From Geosiphon pyriformis uo1 (lineage: Eukaryota > Fungi > Glomeromycota): DNA of 64,000 bases. The position numbers and the translations under genes were made by a program. The notes beneath the pieces were generated by a model, which did not search any database, was not told where the DNA came from, and was given only the letters and a program-made list of their open reading frames with translations. Of the stretch, positions 1-13,752 are shown piece after piece (within the stretch, counting starts at the first letter, position 1; each line of letters begins with the position of its first letter). The stretch is taken from the NCBI GenBank assembly GCA_016748015.1, contig JAAOMT010000664.1:318715-382714 (forward strand), in the 5' to 3' direction.

Positions 1-1746
1 AACTAAACCAAATCAAACCAAACTTTGAGTATTTTTCAAATTTGGTTCAAATTATAAACCAAACTTAAACTAAACCAATTTTTTAAAGTAGGTTTAGTTT
101 GAGTTTAATATTGAATTTTTTTGACAAGTCTGAGTTTGGTTCAAGTTTGGTTCGAAGTTTATAAACCTGTTTAAGTTTAATAAAATTAAAAAAAATATAA
201 TTTATACTATTTGTTCATTAATCATTACTTTGTTTAATTATTATAATTAGTTAAAAAGATATATAAAACTATGTATATACAACAACTCTACTTTCCAACT
301 TACCAAAATGAATTCATTGTTAATATTATCTAATGTTACTAAAGATATAAAATTCAAAATAATAGAATTTGATAACCCAAATAATTTAAATATTAATATA
401 TTTGGTAAACATAATTTTCAAAGTAAAGTATAAAACTATTTTGATAAGTTTGAGTGGACAAAAAAAAACAGTTAAATATATAGTTTCAAAATAAATTATT
501 TTTTATAGAACTATAGATACAATTAAATTTTTATGGTGCCATTTAAAGACTTTTTATTAAATCATATATATTATAACAAAAAATATTATAAGAAAAGGCA
601 AAATATCTAAAAATATTACAAGTTAATTAAAAAAATGTTTTAATAAATAAGATTGTTATTTTTTTTTATGATTTTTGGCCAATCTAATTAAAAACTGTTT
701 TAGTTTTTTGTAGTAACTGCTTTTAATATTAATGAATTTGGTAAAGTATTATAATTTTAATTGTATTTATTTAGTTATTTATTTAATATATTTAATATTA
801 GATTTATTATTTGTTATAATATCTAGAACAATAAAAAGAAAATTGGTTGAATATTACTTTAAAACAAATATAACTCTAATGCTCTATACTGCATTGAATT
901 CAAGGAGAAAATTTTATTATTTTACAAAAAAAATTTTTTAAATGACAATATTAATAAAACAAAAAAATTATAAATTATTAATTTATTTAAATAATTTTAT
1001 TTTCCAACTTTTACATAATAAATAAATCTTTAGAATACATATTCTCTTTGAAACAGAGTATATACTAGACATTATACCAATATTAAATAATAGTTTTTTG
1101 TTAAATAACAATTTTAATAATATTATAATATTAGTTACACAATCTATATTAGAGACAGACTTTAACAATAATGAAAAAAAACTTAACAAAATTGATTATT
1201 ATATCTCTAAAAAAATGGCCAATAAAAAAATAGATATAATAGCATAATAAAAGATATATTACAAAAAATATTTATCTAAATTAATATTTTATTAATAATT
1301 TAATATTTAAATACATTAAACACAATTTTTTTATCTTGTATATATGGTTCATAATTATTTAGCAATTCAAAAATTATTTGTTGCTTCTGAACATATCTTT
1401 TCTGTAAGTAAAAATATGATTACAAATATAAAATTTTATTTAGTGTCTAAAACTATTAAAACAGTACAGTGTTTTCAATCATAGATACAAAAACTATTAA
1501 AAAAAAAATTAAATAATAATATAGTATAATATAATGTTTTTAATAGTTAAATCTGAATATGTTCATAAACTTTAAACTAAACTTAAACCAGACTTGTTGC
1601 ATGTATTTAAATTCAGTTCAAGTTCAGTAATTTTAAGTTTGGTTCAAGTTTAAATTTGAAATTTTGCCAAATCTTTTGTTCAAGTTTAGTTTGATTTAGT
1701 AGTTTGATTGAACTTAAACTGAACCAAACTAAACATTAAAACCTTA
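1..1746 (+). mobile_element. Decayed hAT-superfamily DNA transposon (left end outside window)
   Basis: 1-180 and 1561-1746 are inverted copies built from AAACC/AAACT and GGTTC/AGTTT subterminal repeats (revcomp of 121-166 GTTTATAAACTTCGAACCAAACTTGAACCAAACTCAGACTTG vs 1561 GTTCATAAACTTTAAACTAAACTTAAACCAGACTTG). Right end ...ACCTTA resembles a decayed hAT CCCTA terminus. Internal transposase remnant. Confidence 0.8.
270..1490 (+). pseudogene. hAT transposase remnant
   Basis: 1323-1484 translates QFFYLVYMVHNYLAIQKLFVASEHIFSVSKNMITNIKFYLVSKTIKTVQCFQS*, a decayed hAT C-terminal dimerisation motif (FPxLxxMARDYLAIxxSSVASERxFS). ~880-925 LYTALNSRRKFYYF matches the LDPRxK motif. Start coordinate is approximate. 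Confidence 0.8.
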
Positions 1747-3655
1747 AAGCCAGCTTTTTGGTTATAGATCTTTGGATTTACAAGTATTAAGTTGGTTTTT
1801 TCACTATTTTTTGCTCTTTGTAATTTATTTTTATGTTAATTTGATCAATAATTTTTTGGCTAATATGATCAGAATTTTTTGTGGCTATAATTTGTCTTTG
1901 GATAACACTTTGCTTTCAATATTTCAGTTTTTTAAAAATATTTCAATGTTTATAGTTCTTAGTAATTTGGTTTTTTTTAAGATTTGTTGTTTAATTAAAT
2001 GTTTTAACATTGTTTTTATTAAATAGTTACATGATAAGAATAATAAAATTCTTAATTAAAAGAATTTTAAGTATTGAAAATATTTTAACTCTTATAATTT
2101 AGTTTTTTTATAGTTTTTATTAACAGTAACATATTTATATACTCCTTTAGTTTAATGAATCTTTTTCTTTTTTACAGAAAATATTTAGCTTTTAAACATT
2201 TTGGGTTCTAATAAATTTTGTTAAATATATAATAAGTTGTTAAATATTGACTTCTTTTGTATTTTTGTTTATATTGATAATTTTTTAAAAAATTTGAATT
2301 TAACAGACATAAAAATTGATGCTGTAGTATTTTTTAATGATTTAGATTTTAGTATTAGTATTAAAATATCTGGTCTAATATTATCTATTTTAGCCAAGTT
2401 GCAGATTATTATATTGGCTTTAGAGTGTGTTTTTCTTTCTTGTGCAGTTATAATTTTCTTAAACAATTTAATAGTCTTAAATACTTGTTTATTAAAACTG
2501 GTTTTAGTATTATTTAATTTTTAATAATTGTTGTTAAATAAAACATTATTATATTACAAAAATAATTAATAAGAAAAATTTATATTTAAAGACAAAAATT
2601 ATTTTGGTGTTTCTAATAATAATAGAGTTAATATATTGACTAATACTATATTTTTTTCAAATTTGGTGTTTTTGGCTAGAATTAAGAAAAATTAATAATA
2701 TGTGTATATTTGAAAATGCAAAATATTTTGTTTGTAAGATCTTTTAAGCAGTTTATTATGTTTATTAAAAATTTAGTTGTGATATTATTGTCTTAAATTA
2801 AAGTTTAATTGAAAATATAAATTAAACCAGTTTTTTATGAATATAATATTTAAATTTTTACATGATAATTAAATACATAAATCAAATTACCATAAGTGCT
2901 TATTTTTATTTTATAAGTTTTTTATTATTAATTGCCTATAACAGTTTACAAATATTTGTATAATAAATAATACTATAGTGTTTTGTGTTTTTTGTATAGT
3001 AAAGTTAAAATTTTTGATCATTTTTTTTATGTTTATTGAATTTTGTTGCTTGTAATACTTTGTTAGTTTCTTAAACTATTATATAAAATTTTTTTTCTGG
3101 TTTGTATTAATCTTTATCTTACATGTTTTAATTATTGTTATTATATTCATCAAATTCTGCAGTTTATATTGTTTTGTGCAAAAATTTTGTTTTTAGAACT
3201 TGGTTTTTGAAGTTTTTTTTTGTTTTTGGAAATTTTAAAGTTGTTATTAATAAAATTGCAAATTTTGTGCATGATTTGGTTTTGGCTTATAAAAATAGAA
3301 TTTGGTTCATATGCTCTAAGTATCATGTAATTATGAAAAAAAAAAGTCTAATTTTGTTAAATAATTTGGTGTCTTTTTTCATTAGTAGTTTTTTAAGTAT
3401 ATTATTAAAAAGTATAATTAAATTACTTAATATAATTAAAGCTTTAAGTATAAGTTTTAACATATGTATTTTGTGTCTATTTATTTCTGATATTAACAGT
3501 AATATTAGTATTTATATAGAGATTTAGTATTATTTTGACTGAATAACTAATTATATATAGTAAATATATAATTTGTATCTAGTTTATATTACTTAATTTA
3601 ATGTATTATATTAAATAGTATTTGAACTTTATTTGTAAAATTAATAAAAAAAACA
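1747..3655 (+). mobile_element. Heavily decayed LINE, 3' part of ORF2 (post-RT, RNase H, C-terminus, 3' UTR, A-tail)
   Basis: ORF 2237-2524 (VYIDNFLKNL...DAVVFFNDLD...LAKLQIIILALECV) aligns with the RNase H of the 57-63 kb LINE (VYTDESLSNL...GAVVFFENID...LVELQTVALALECV). ORF 3135-3527 aligns with its C-terminus (56997-57434). Decayed 3' UTR follows the TAG at 3527. Confidence 0.85.
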
Positions 3656-4101
3656 CATTAAAAATAAATTAACTTATTAAAAATTTATCAATTTCTATCA
3701 ACAGAAAAATTAATAGCAAAATAACATTAATAATATTAAAAAAAAAAAGAAAAATCTTTAATAATAATACTAATATTTAATACAATAGTAATTTATTTTA
3801 ATAGTTAAACAATTTTTAATGCTTATGCTTTTAAACTTGTTTTAAAGTTGTTTAATTATTGTAATTATTATTAAATAAAAAAAGACAAATTGTTAATTTT
3901 ATTTATAATAAAAACATTTTTATTATTTAATCTAAGATTAAAAACCACTTTAATATTATAAGTTAATATTTTGGCTAATATAATTGTCTATTTGTTTTTG
4001 TTTTTCTGTTTTAATTCATAAAAATTTTTACTAATAAATAATAATAATATTTTTAAAAATGCAATGAAAATAACAAAAGAATTTTTTATTTTCTTAATTT
4101 T

Positions 4102-6342
4102 ATGATTACAACTAAAGCAAAGAGTAAAAAAGCTGTACCTAATATCTTTTTTAAGATATCTAATAAAATTTTAACCAGAAAAGCTTTCTCTGTTGTAGAA
4201 GCAACTAAGCAAAACGTTTTAGAAGCCTTTCTTTTATCTGATAATCATGAAAAGCTGCTTTTAGTAGCTATTAAAGCAACTTCCTCATTTTTAGCTGGTT
4301 TTTTACCAGTCAAAGTTCTCTTAAAAAGATACACTTAGATTAGTTTCAGTGTTGTCTCTACCCCAACTAAGAGCCTAAAAGTTTTTAATAATAGATCAGT
4401 AAACAAGCTGGTCTTTCTTTTTATAGCTTCAACACCTGGTGCTGCTAGCACCATCTCTTTAAAAAAATGGTCAAAAAAACCAAAAGTTCGGAAAAATGGG
4501 AGTAGTCACTTGTCTTTACTATTGTTACACCAAACTTTTTTGTGATTTTTAGTGAAATCTTAGGTGAGATTTCTATAGCATTATTCAGCACATTATTTAA
4601 GATGGGCCAAGATTAATCATTAGCTGTATTGCCAAATGTGGTATCTTTTAACAGATTATTACCAGTTTTAGAAACAAAACAATTATTTCCTGTGGTGTTA
4701 TCTGTTCTTGAGAACTGGGCTAACCAAATAGAAATTGAATTATCTCTTTTTCTGGTTTCTGGTACTGTTACTGGTGGTGTTTGGGAAACTATTGCTAGTT
4801 ATTAAAGGTTTGCTGGGCAGATGGCCTTTTTTTTAGTGCTTAATGCTACTTTCAAGATCAAATTGGCTTATGTTAAGACTGTTTTTTAATTTGTGCATGG
4901 TTTATTGAGTGTAAAGTCAGTATTAAAAGACAATATGAAGCTTTTCTGTATGAAATTTGCTTCTCAAAGTTCTCTAGATGCCATATTTTTGGTTGAACTT
5001 ACAAGCTCTGTTTGCTTTGCCACTTTCAAAATTGCTAAGTCTTTGATAGTTTCTGAGTTTGGTTCTTCTTTTGCTGCTTTTGTGTTGTGTAATATGTCTT
5101 TGGATGTGTCTGCTGTTAATATTAAGTTAGCACTTAGTGTTTTTGGTAAAGTTTTTTATATAGTGCTGAAGCCTACTGGTATTTGGTAATACATAGTTGT
5201 TTACTTTAAAGAATTAGATGTTACTGTATCTGTTTTCATTCATTAGTCAATTTTAGTAGACAAAGATAGTATTCGAATTTTTTCTCTTATTAATCAAAAT
5301 AAAACAATTTTGTTTCATAATAAGTTTAAAACCAAGTTGGTTAACTTTTCTTTTGGCTGTACTGCTTTTGAAATTAGTAATATGATCTTTCAGGTTGGTG
5401 GTCAGACATGTTTTATTCCTTGGTCTCCTAATTCTGGTTATCATTTCTGGTTTGTTCTAATTACATTTAGTTCTCAAGCTGATTTAGATTTTGTTATTAC
5501 CAAAACTGGTATACTAAGAAGATGCCATATTTGGTAAGAGATTTTTGGCTGCTGATGCTGTTTTAAATGTCAAAAAATAAGCCATTTGGCTGTGGACTGC
5601 AAAGTGTTTCTGTCTTTTTTTCTTAAAACTCCCAAGATATTCAAATTATGTTTTGTGAGAACTGTTTCTTATGTTAAGATTTTTGCTTTTCTTAATCTTT
5701 TTGAGTTTTTTCTTTTGGTAGCTTTGGCATTCTCTTTTGTGACTGTTGGTAATTCCTTGGTTTTTTTTTGGTTAGCCTCTCTGGAAACTGATTTGGCCAA
5801 GCTTTTTGTTTTGGTTGAGTCTATTGTTAAGCCAGTTAGTTTTTTGGTTAAAGTGTTCAAAAATTTTATTAATAGAAATTTGGTTTTAAGTAATGCTCTT
5901 GGTTTTAAGATTAATGAGGTTTTAGTGTATATGAGTTTCTTTAATAAGACTGTTAATAGGCTGGAAAAAGAGGTAGTCTCTTTAAAAAAGAAACACTACA
6001 TAAATAATATTGATATGTCTGGTAATTTAGAATATTTAAGTAGTGTAGATAATAATACATTTTCTAATTTAATGTTTCTTTGGGCTTATGAGTCTGTTCA
6101 TATCAAAACTGATTTCTTGAAAACAGCTAAATAGCTGGTTGAGTTGGTTTTTAATAGTGTTATTTTGTTTAGTGTTGTTTAAAAAATGTTATTTTTGGGT
6201 AAGTTTTCTTCTGTTGTATCAATATAATATAGTCTGAGTAACTGGTTACATGTAGAAAGTGTGTAAATCACATTTAGTCTTGAGACACTTAGTTTGTTCC
6301 TAATTTTTATTTAATGATTGGGCCTTATTCATTAAAAAAAAA
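4102..6342 (+). mobile_element. ORF1-only non-autonomous LINE derivative (HAL1-like), decayed
   Basis: ORF1 homologue (RRM-like IKLALSVFGKV...WSILVDKDSIR with W now a stop, VGGQTCFI, CCHC knuckle CFKCQKISHLAVDC, coiled-coil tail) ends ~6227. It is followed directly by the LINE 3' UTR motif GTCTGAGTAACTGGTTACATGTAG and TCATTAAAAAAAAA (6329-6342). No ORF2 sequence lies between. Confidence 0.75.
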
Positions 6343-6439
6343 TGCTTAATATTTTATTTACAATATATATAAAATTGTGTATTATATTTTTTTTGTATAA
6401 TATTTTGATTCTTATATGCTATTTAAATTTATTAATAGA

Positions 6440-7175
6440 TTTTTAATTAGTTTATATATTTATTTAATAAAAATAGTTTATAAACAATTATTTATGGCTG
6501 TTAAAAAGCATCTTTACAATAAATAATATTTAGAAATCTTATGTTTAATTGTAAAAAAATAAAATTTTCAAATCATGTTTTTATATACAAATTGAATATT
6601 ATAAATTATATAGAATTATTAATAAACCTTGCTAATTATTAGAAGTTATTAGTAAATATCTTGTTTTTATTATTTTCGGTTTTACAGATTTTTTTATCTT
6701 GTACTTTTAATGATATTATGTATTCTGTTTTTTGAAAAAGTTTTATTTTTAGAGTTTGGTTTGCTAAAACTGTTTTAGTCTTTGAAAAAATTAAGATAAT
6801 TATTTTGAAATTGGTTGTTTTTGTGCAATGACTGATAATAAGTTATAAAAATAAGATGTGGGTATATAAATTTAAATATAAAATTGCAATAGAAAAGAAT
6901 AATTTAGTTAATAATAATAAGTTAGCTCTTTATAGTTTGTATAGTTTGTTAAACTGTTAAAGTTTTTGTAATAAGTTTTGGTTTGTATTGTAAATTTTTG
7001 TTTTTTTTTGGTTTAAGTAATAGGATTGTGATACATATAGGTGTATAATGTAGTCTTGGTTGGCTTAAGTAACTAATCACATATAGCAAATGTATACATT
7101 ATATTTAGTTAAGAATATTTAGTATGTTTTTTATACTAGATGGTAATTGAACTGTACTCGTTAAACTTAATAAAA

Positions 7176-7210
<35 letters not shown>
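6440..7210 (+). mobile_element. 5'-truncated LINE 3' fragment with (TTA)n after the tail
   Basis: YLIKIVYKQLFMAVKKHLYNK*YLEILCL matches the LINE C-terminal Cys region (YFMKALYHCLPVTV*KHLYNRGYSSLVCLFC at ~57.6 kb). 3' UTR motif AGTAACTAATCACATATAGCAAA at ~7068-7090. Confidence 0.7.
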
Positions 7211-9429
7211 GTATTTAAAAGTTAAAAATTAAAATTTTTGCAAAAAAATCAGAAAATTAAATAAATTAAGTTGAATATTGTAATATAAAAATAAATTTTA
7301 AAAGATTGTGTAATAATAAGACATAAAAATAATAATTAGATTAAATTAGATTATCACTCTTTAATAAAATTAATTACGATTTTACGTTAAATGACGTTAG
7401 ATATTTTTTAGAAACACAATTATATTAAGAAAAAATCTTTAAGACCTGACCAAAAAAAATGTTTATTTAAATTTGGTGTCTCTTTTGATACATGTCTTTT
7501 ACGAAACGCTAAAAAGCACGTTACTAATTTTAATCCAAGTTATCATTAAAGAATTACCTTTTGTTTTTAATATTAAACTGACAAACAAATAAATAAACAG
7601 ATTAAAAATTTTTTATTGTGATTTGTGCAAAAAATTTTGATTTTAAGAATATTAATTAAATACTGAGTTCTATTTAAGAAAATACCAATAACATAAGGAA
7701 TTTATTGCTATAATGCAGAATTGCATGAAAATTTCCAAGCTAGTGTGTTACTTGGATTCTTTGTATATATTAATCAATAAAAGGAGAACAAAAATTAATT
7801 TGGCCTGAAAAAGAAAATTTCTAAAAATATTTGTTTGGCAATTGGAAAGGAAAAATGTTGCAGCATATATGTTTCTTATTTGTATTGATATCGAAACATA
7901 GTCAACTTTAAAAAACTCATGAAAAATAATAATAATAATAATAAAGTTTTTTAAGCAACTTAATATTAAATTTCCTGATTACTAGTATCACAAATCACAA
8001 ATCACATTTCATAATAAGAAAGTAGTGGATATGGGACATGCTGTAACAAAACCAGACAAAGTGAACATGTGGAATAAAACGGTCAGGAAAATAAATAAAA
8101 ATTTTAAAAATCTCCCTATCATGACGACATTAAATGTTTCGCCAAGGATTCTACCATGACAATATAACATCACTGCAGTGACTCGATTACAAGTTTTTTT
8201 TTTTAAAAAAATGTTCCCACGATTTTTTTTTTTGAAACTTTTTATTTAAAATTTTTTACTCGAAAAAAACTTTGTGATATTACAGGTGAGGGTACCTTAG
8301 CAGTTAAAACACTAAAACATCACCAATAGTGCCTCACCTGATTTTACTGGCGCAAAATAGCCCCTAATTGAAGTGAGAATGATTGGTTATTGTCCACGCA
8401 ATATTACCCCACAATTTGCTACTTATTATACAAATCGTACATTATCGATACGCATATAATGCTCTCCGATGTTGACGATCTAAATCGAAACTCTTGAAAC
8501 TTCCTGTCTGAATCAAGAATAAACTCGTATTTAAAGGAGTTTTCAATTTGAATTCCTCACATCTTTAAACAGGTTGTTATTGAAACATCGTGTCCTCCTA
8601 CTATCACCCATTTAACTGCATTAACCTAGTTAAACGTTTCTCAATTTTAAAAGCTCTTTCCTGTTAAAGTCAGCGGCCACCATGATAAAAGCCTTTTAAT
8701 AGATAGCGTCTTATGATGTCATTCTTTCCGAATTCAACCTATGGTAAAAAGCCTGTCAAAACTTTTCTCCTTCCTCCTTTCTTCAACCCTACTTGTTCCA
8801 AGTCCCCGCCATTCTCAGGCAGATAGGCGACTCGCATTGTAGATTTTGTTATAAATGGTTAAATCAATTTAGGATTATCAAAAACTTTCCATGTCCGTTG
8901 TATCAGTACACAGTGGTACAACTTTGTCGATTTTTCTCATGAGAATATTCTACCGAATTATTTTTTCTACCTAAATAGTACATTCAATTTTGCAAATCCA
9001 ATAATTCTGCATTACAAAGTAGATTTTCGGAAAATCATTTTTTAACCTGTGTTTGTTTTCTTCTAGGTTATACAATTTTCACATTTACTTTTTAATTAAA
9101 CTTCCAAAAGCCCTATTAGTAATGAGAATTACAGAATTACAGAATTTCAAGTTTCATTTCCTTTTTGTAAAAATCTTTTTAGACAAATGCTATCGTCACC
9201 CTTTGATTGCCACTGCTAGATGGTGATTAGCTGCTAGGTTGGATACAAGTTAAACAAAATAAGGCTGAAACCGGGTGGTAATATAATCCAAAGTTACCTA
9301 TAATGATACAGTTTTACCTGTCACCAAAATTATATAAATATAATATATTTTCCAAAATTTTTAAAATATGCAAAGGAATAGTTACCAAGTGAAATCTTGA
9401 AGTTAATAAATATCTGTCAGTGAATCATA

Positions 9430-12400
9430 TCAGTCTAACAAATTTGATTGCTGTTGAGGAGGTCTTTGGGGAGCGGCTAATGATTGTTGCACTTGTGGTG
9501 GTGGTGGGGGTGGCTGTTGATAATATCCGGGGTTTTGTGGGGGAGAAGGTTGGTAATATCTGGGGTTTTGTGTCAACGCTGGAGGCTGTGGATAATATGG
9601 AGGCCGTTGCTGTTGTGCGCCTAAAGGTTGCTGATAATGGTGAGATGGTGGTGGGGGATGTTGTTGTTGTTGTTGCACTTGTTGAATTGGGGCTTGAGAT
9701 TGATAATTGACTCTTTGGGATATATGGTTCGGATTAAAAGGATGTTGATACAATTGTTGTTGAGAAGGTTGCTGCATGATAGGTTGTGTTGTGGAATAAT
9801 ATTGTTGTTGTAAAACCCCTTGTACGCTAGGTTGTATTGAAGATAATGGTTGAGCCACACTATGAGATGGATTAGCAAAACCGGAGGCAGGGGGGTAAGC
9901 ATCAACACTAGGATGACGTTGAGAAGATTGTAGAGGTATCTGTGCTGGTGGTGGATGTTGTACATAACGCGGCACAGTGGGTGATGGAGGCTGCTGAATA
10001 GATGAAGGGTGTGTTTGAACTCCATAGACGCTGGATGGTCTTGAAAGGGACGATTGATTTATTTGGGCCGGGTGTACATGTGACAATGATGGTTGAGACT
10101 GATGTAATGGAGGTCCTGGTTGAACTCTTGAATTGGAGACTTGTTGAGGAGGTATGAAATTTGATTGTAGTTGACCTAATGGTTGTGTAGATAGTCCCTG
10201 GTGATACTGTGGTTGATTACTTACTGTGTTAACTTGAATCGGACGTTGGTTACCAACTTGATATTGATTGAAACCATTTATTGGTTGTTGTTGTTGTGGT
10301 AGTTGTTGTTGCTGATACGCGACTGGAATTGGAGGGACGGGTGGTCCCTGAGAATTTTGTGTTAGTACTGGTGGCTGATTAGGAAAATGTGAATTCGAGG
10401 GTGTGATTGACTTAAGTGAGGGGTTTCGTGTAAGGGTAGATGAGATGTAATTAGTTGGAGTGCTCGGTGTAACTGTATTGGGAAGTGATGGAGAAATAGA
10501 GGGCTTGGAGGCCGTGGGAGAGGGGACATAAGATGAGACTGGATATTGAGACGCAGAACTTGTATATGATTTTGGTTGTGCATTTAGTTCGTTTGGATTA
10601 TAAGAGTTCAATAAATTAGTGGATGATGTAGGATAATAAGATGTTCCATTATTTGTGAAAGTTTGTGGGTTTGACAATAAGGAACCTTGATCCATATTGC
10701 TAATTCCTGTGGAATTTGTATTTATAGATAAATTTTTTGTTTCTCCAATCAATTTCCCAATTGAATCGAACGTGCTCGGAGAAACGGTGGAAGTCGACGG
10801 AGAAATGGATTCATTGAACTTGTTCAATTGATCTGATAATCTTTGCTGTTCTTGCTTTCCTAGACTCTGCACTAATTCATTTCGTTCTTGTTGACGAGTC
10901 TTGACGAATTGGTGAGCTGTTTGGGAAAGATTTTCTACCAGATCGGCAAGATCAACATAGAATTGGACTCCTTTACTATAGGTTTATTGAATTCAAATTA
11001 GTGATGAAAAAGAAAGATCCACTTTTATCATAAACCCGCCTCTACCTTAGTCCCTCCTTGACTTCCAGATACGAATCTTTAGCTCGTCTGAAACATTCGG
11101 TAACTTCTTTTCTTTTACGTTCGGCTTGTTCCCATTGTGTTTGTAAGATTTTTGCCGTTTCGCCGTCCAGAAGACTTTTATAAAATTTCGTGAGTTCTTG
11201 CAGGAGAGCTTGCTGATGATGAATACTAGCCGTTATACGATTCCTATATGGAGTGAATTTCTCAAGCTCCGTAGCAAACAATTGTGGCTCAATATTTTGA
11301 GTCTTCTTGTTGAGTATAAGAAGATGGGATATGTCGTCTTGATGAGTCTAATAATTAAAAACAAACGAAAGTTTAAAGACATATTCATTGAATTTGAGTT
11401 TTTGCATTAAAAAGATGCTCGCTTCTTGACCTTCTCTTTAAGATCACCCAATGTGTCCATTCGTTCTTTTTTGACTTTATGAAGGTTACTCAGACACTCT
11501 TCAACCTTCTGTATTTTAAGTGGGATATCTTCTGAACTCGAAGCATCCACATCCAGTAGGCTTTCTTGAATCTTAACCGATATTCCACTAGCACTAGTCT
11601 CACCTGATTCAAAAGAAGATACAAGCGCTTCAGTGAAGACTCTTTCTAGTTCATCACTCTTCCCACTCGTCAACAAGATGGCAATATCATTCGCTACTTG
11701 CTCATAACGATGATAAAGATGTCGATCAGAATTAGCAGCTTGTTCTAAAGAATTTCGGTGATTTCGCAAATCTTGACGTAGAACAGCAGTGGATTGCCCG
11801 GAAGGAGATTGACTCCACGCATCACCATATTTCACCTACCATTTATCAAAACCAATAAATAAAATTGGATGTGAAAGTGAAGGTGGGTGATACAAATTCT
11901 CAATGTTTTACCCGTAGCGTCTCACATTCCCTTTGTTCCGTGTCGAGAATTATGGCAACTCCATCAAGAAGTTCGTTAGCTCTCCCTTTTAATCCGTCTA
12001 AAGTCACCATCAAATCCTTTACAGTCCCCTTCAATTCTTCCTCTTTAACTAACTGTGACCAATGTTCGACTTCTGCAGTAGGAGCAGCCAGATCGTTAAA
12101 TGACCTTGAATTTTTGCTGTTTTTAAATTTTTCCAAAGCCCCTGGCAATTTCATAAATTCCAAAGAGGCTTCCAATTCACCATTTGCCACGTCACATCGT
12201 TCAGTTTCACTTCTCACAATTTTTGCTTTTTCTTCTGAATATAAAGAAGCAGACTCGTGAACCGAAAGAGGAATAAGACGTTGAAATATATCAGCCCCGA
12301 TGACCTTTTGAATCTCATTAGGACCGTAAAGATCCTGAATAGGCATAGATTTCACCGCATTTAGCTTATCAATGGGAGGAATGACACTTTCTTGAGGCAC

Positions 12401-13612
12401 AACTGCGTGATAAACAATGTCATTATCTCGCGTAGCTGAAACCGTTTTTTCGCTTATGAGAGCAAGATTTGATTTATTTAATTCCTGTAAAGAAACTGCT
12501 GCATCAGCAGAAAGCGTCGGAGTTGCTGAAGCTGAGAAAGCGGATACAAAACTAACAGCAAGTTTATTGGACTCTTTTGCTAATGATTCGGCAAGGTTCA
12601 AGCGACCAACACTTTCTCCGTAATTGTGCTCCGTTTCACAGGCTAGGGCCTTTTGATATTGCGCAATTGATCCCAGATATTTGTGCTTGATCTAGAGGAG
12701 ATAAGGATAAAGATAAAGTTGTGAACGATTCAACTTCAAAAAAATGGTCTAATACAAGCGAATAAACCGAGCTTATACCTGGCAAACAGTTAACCAGCTT
12801 TTATCAAAAATACTCTTGGAAACAAGATCTCCCATAGTCTCAACAATATTTCCGTAAGACCAACTAGCCTGAGCGGCCAGCTTGGCAATCAAAGCTGGCT
12901 TTTTCTTTGCACCCAAGCTTTGCTCTAAGAAACATTCTTGGGCTTGAGTTAACATTAATTGTGATAATAGATTGACGGTATCCCGACTCAAATCGGTAGA
13001 AGGAGCATGAAGAAAGTTGTCGTTTATATAGGTAAACATTCCAGCGGAGGCTTGAAAAAAATGAAAAGCTCGCTTTAGTCCTTCGATTTCTGATCGATTC
13101 TGTGATGAAGCAATGGCGGACAATACAGAAGCAATGTTGAATATTGTACTAGCTTTTTCGTAAGCTAGTGAATATTGTGAGGTCCCTTTGTGTGTGAAAG
13201 CATCGTACCTAATAAAATCAGGGATTCAGAGTTAACTTATGTTTCAGAAAATGTATAATTTTTCCTATTTTTCAAAATTAGGAGGAATAAAATGATAAAA
13301 GAGAATTCAAATAAAAGAAAATCTCTTTTTGAAATACCAAGTAAATGAAATCCTTATATGATTCTCGTCTACAGGAAACCTGAGGTCAAGCAGTTCAAGT
13401 TGCCCATAATATCGATATAATAAATCTCTACCGGTGAGGTCCTTCCCGGCTCCACGCATGTCCTGCCTAAGACGATGAACTGCATTCGCTTCCTCTACAT
13501 ATTTTTCTGGATCTTCTTGATAGGTTGTTTGAATGTATCGTTTTAACGGGTTAGCCCAGTCAACCTCGTCTGTTCTTTTGGCTGGGACATGAATGCTGGG
13601 AGAATTGTTCAT
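9430..13612 (-). CDS. BRO1: Vacuolar protein-sorting protein BRO1 (Bro1 domain, V domain, Pro/Gln-rich tail); 6 exons: 13612-13338, 13208-12779, 12691-11912, 11835-11431, 11347-11046, 10975-9430
   Basis: RDLLYRYYGQLELLDLRFPVDENHIRISFTW|YDAF, SLAYEKASTIFNIA, DNDIVYH, IFQRLIPLSVHESASLYSEEKA, DDISHLLILNKK and KGVQFY are typical fungal Bro1/ALIX motifs. All introns are GT-AG and keep frame. Confidence 0.95.
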
Positions 13613-13745
13613 TTTCAAAAGCTTAAGGTCCCTGATAAAGCTTTTTTTCTAAGGAATTTTTCAAGTGAATTTACAGCCGGCGACCTTTCAAACATATATG
13701 AGTAACTCCCTTTAGTAGACTTTGTATGAGACGGTAGACCATTGC

Positions 13746-13752
13746 TCACGTG
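13746..13752. promoter_or_regulatory. TCACGTG E-box (bHLH/Cbf1-type site) upstream of BRO1
   Basis: Exact TCACGTG ~135 bp upstream of the ATG, at the edge of the CpG-retaining island. The same motif lies upstream of PRP46. Confidence 0.4.

Noticed and set aside
4050-4101. AAAAATGC as a TSD of the ORF1-only element
   Set aside because: Short, A-rich and overlapping the tail; not distinguishable from chance.
8283-8340. Inverted repeat CAGGTGAGG...CCTCACCTG in CpG-retaining DNA (8.0-9.3 kb); possible ncRNA or small gene
   Set aside because: Only a 9-bp stem with a long loop. I found no recognisable RNA family motifs and no convincing spliced ORF.
9420-10583. Overlapping ORFs 9420-9710, 9621-10025, 9628-9813 and 10362-10583
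   Set aside because: Antisense or alternate-frame shadows of the Pro/Gln-rich BRO1 last exon.
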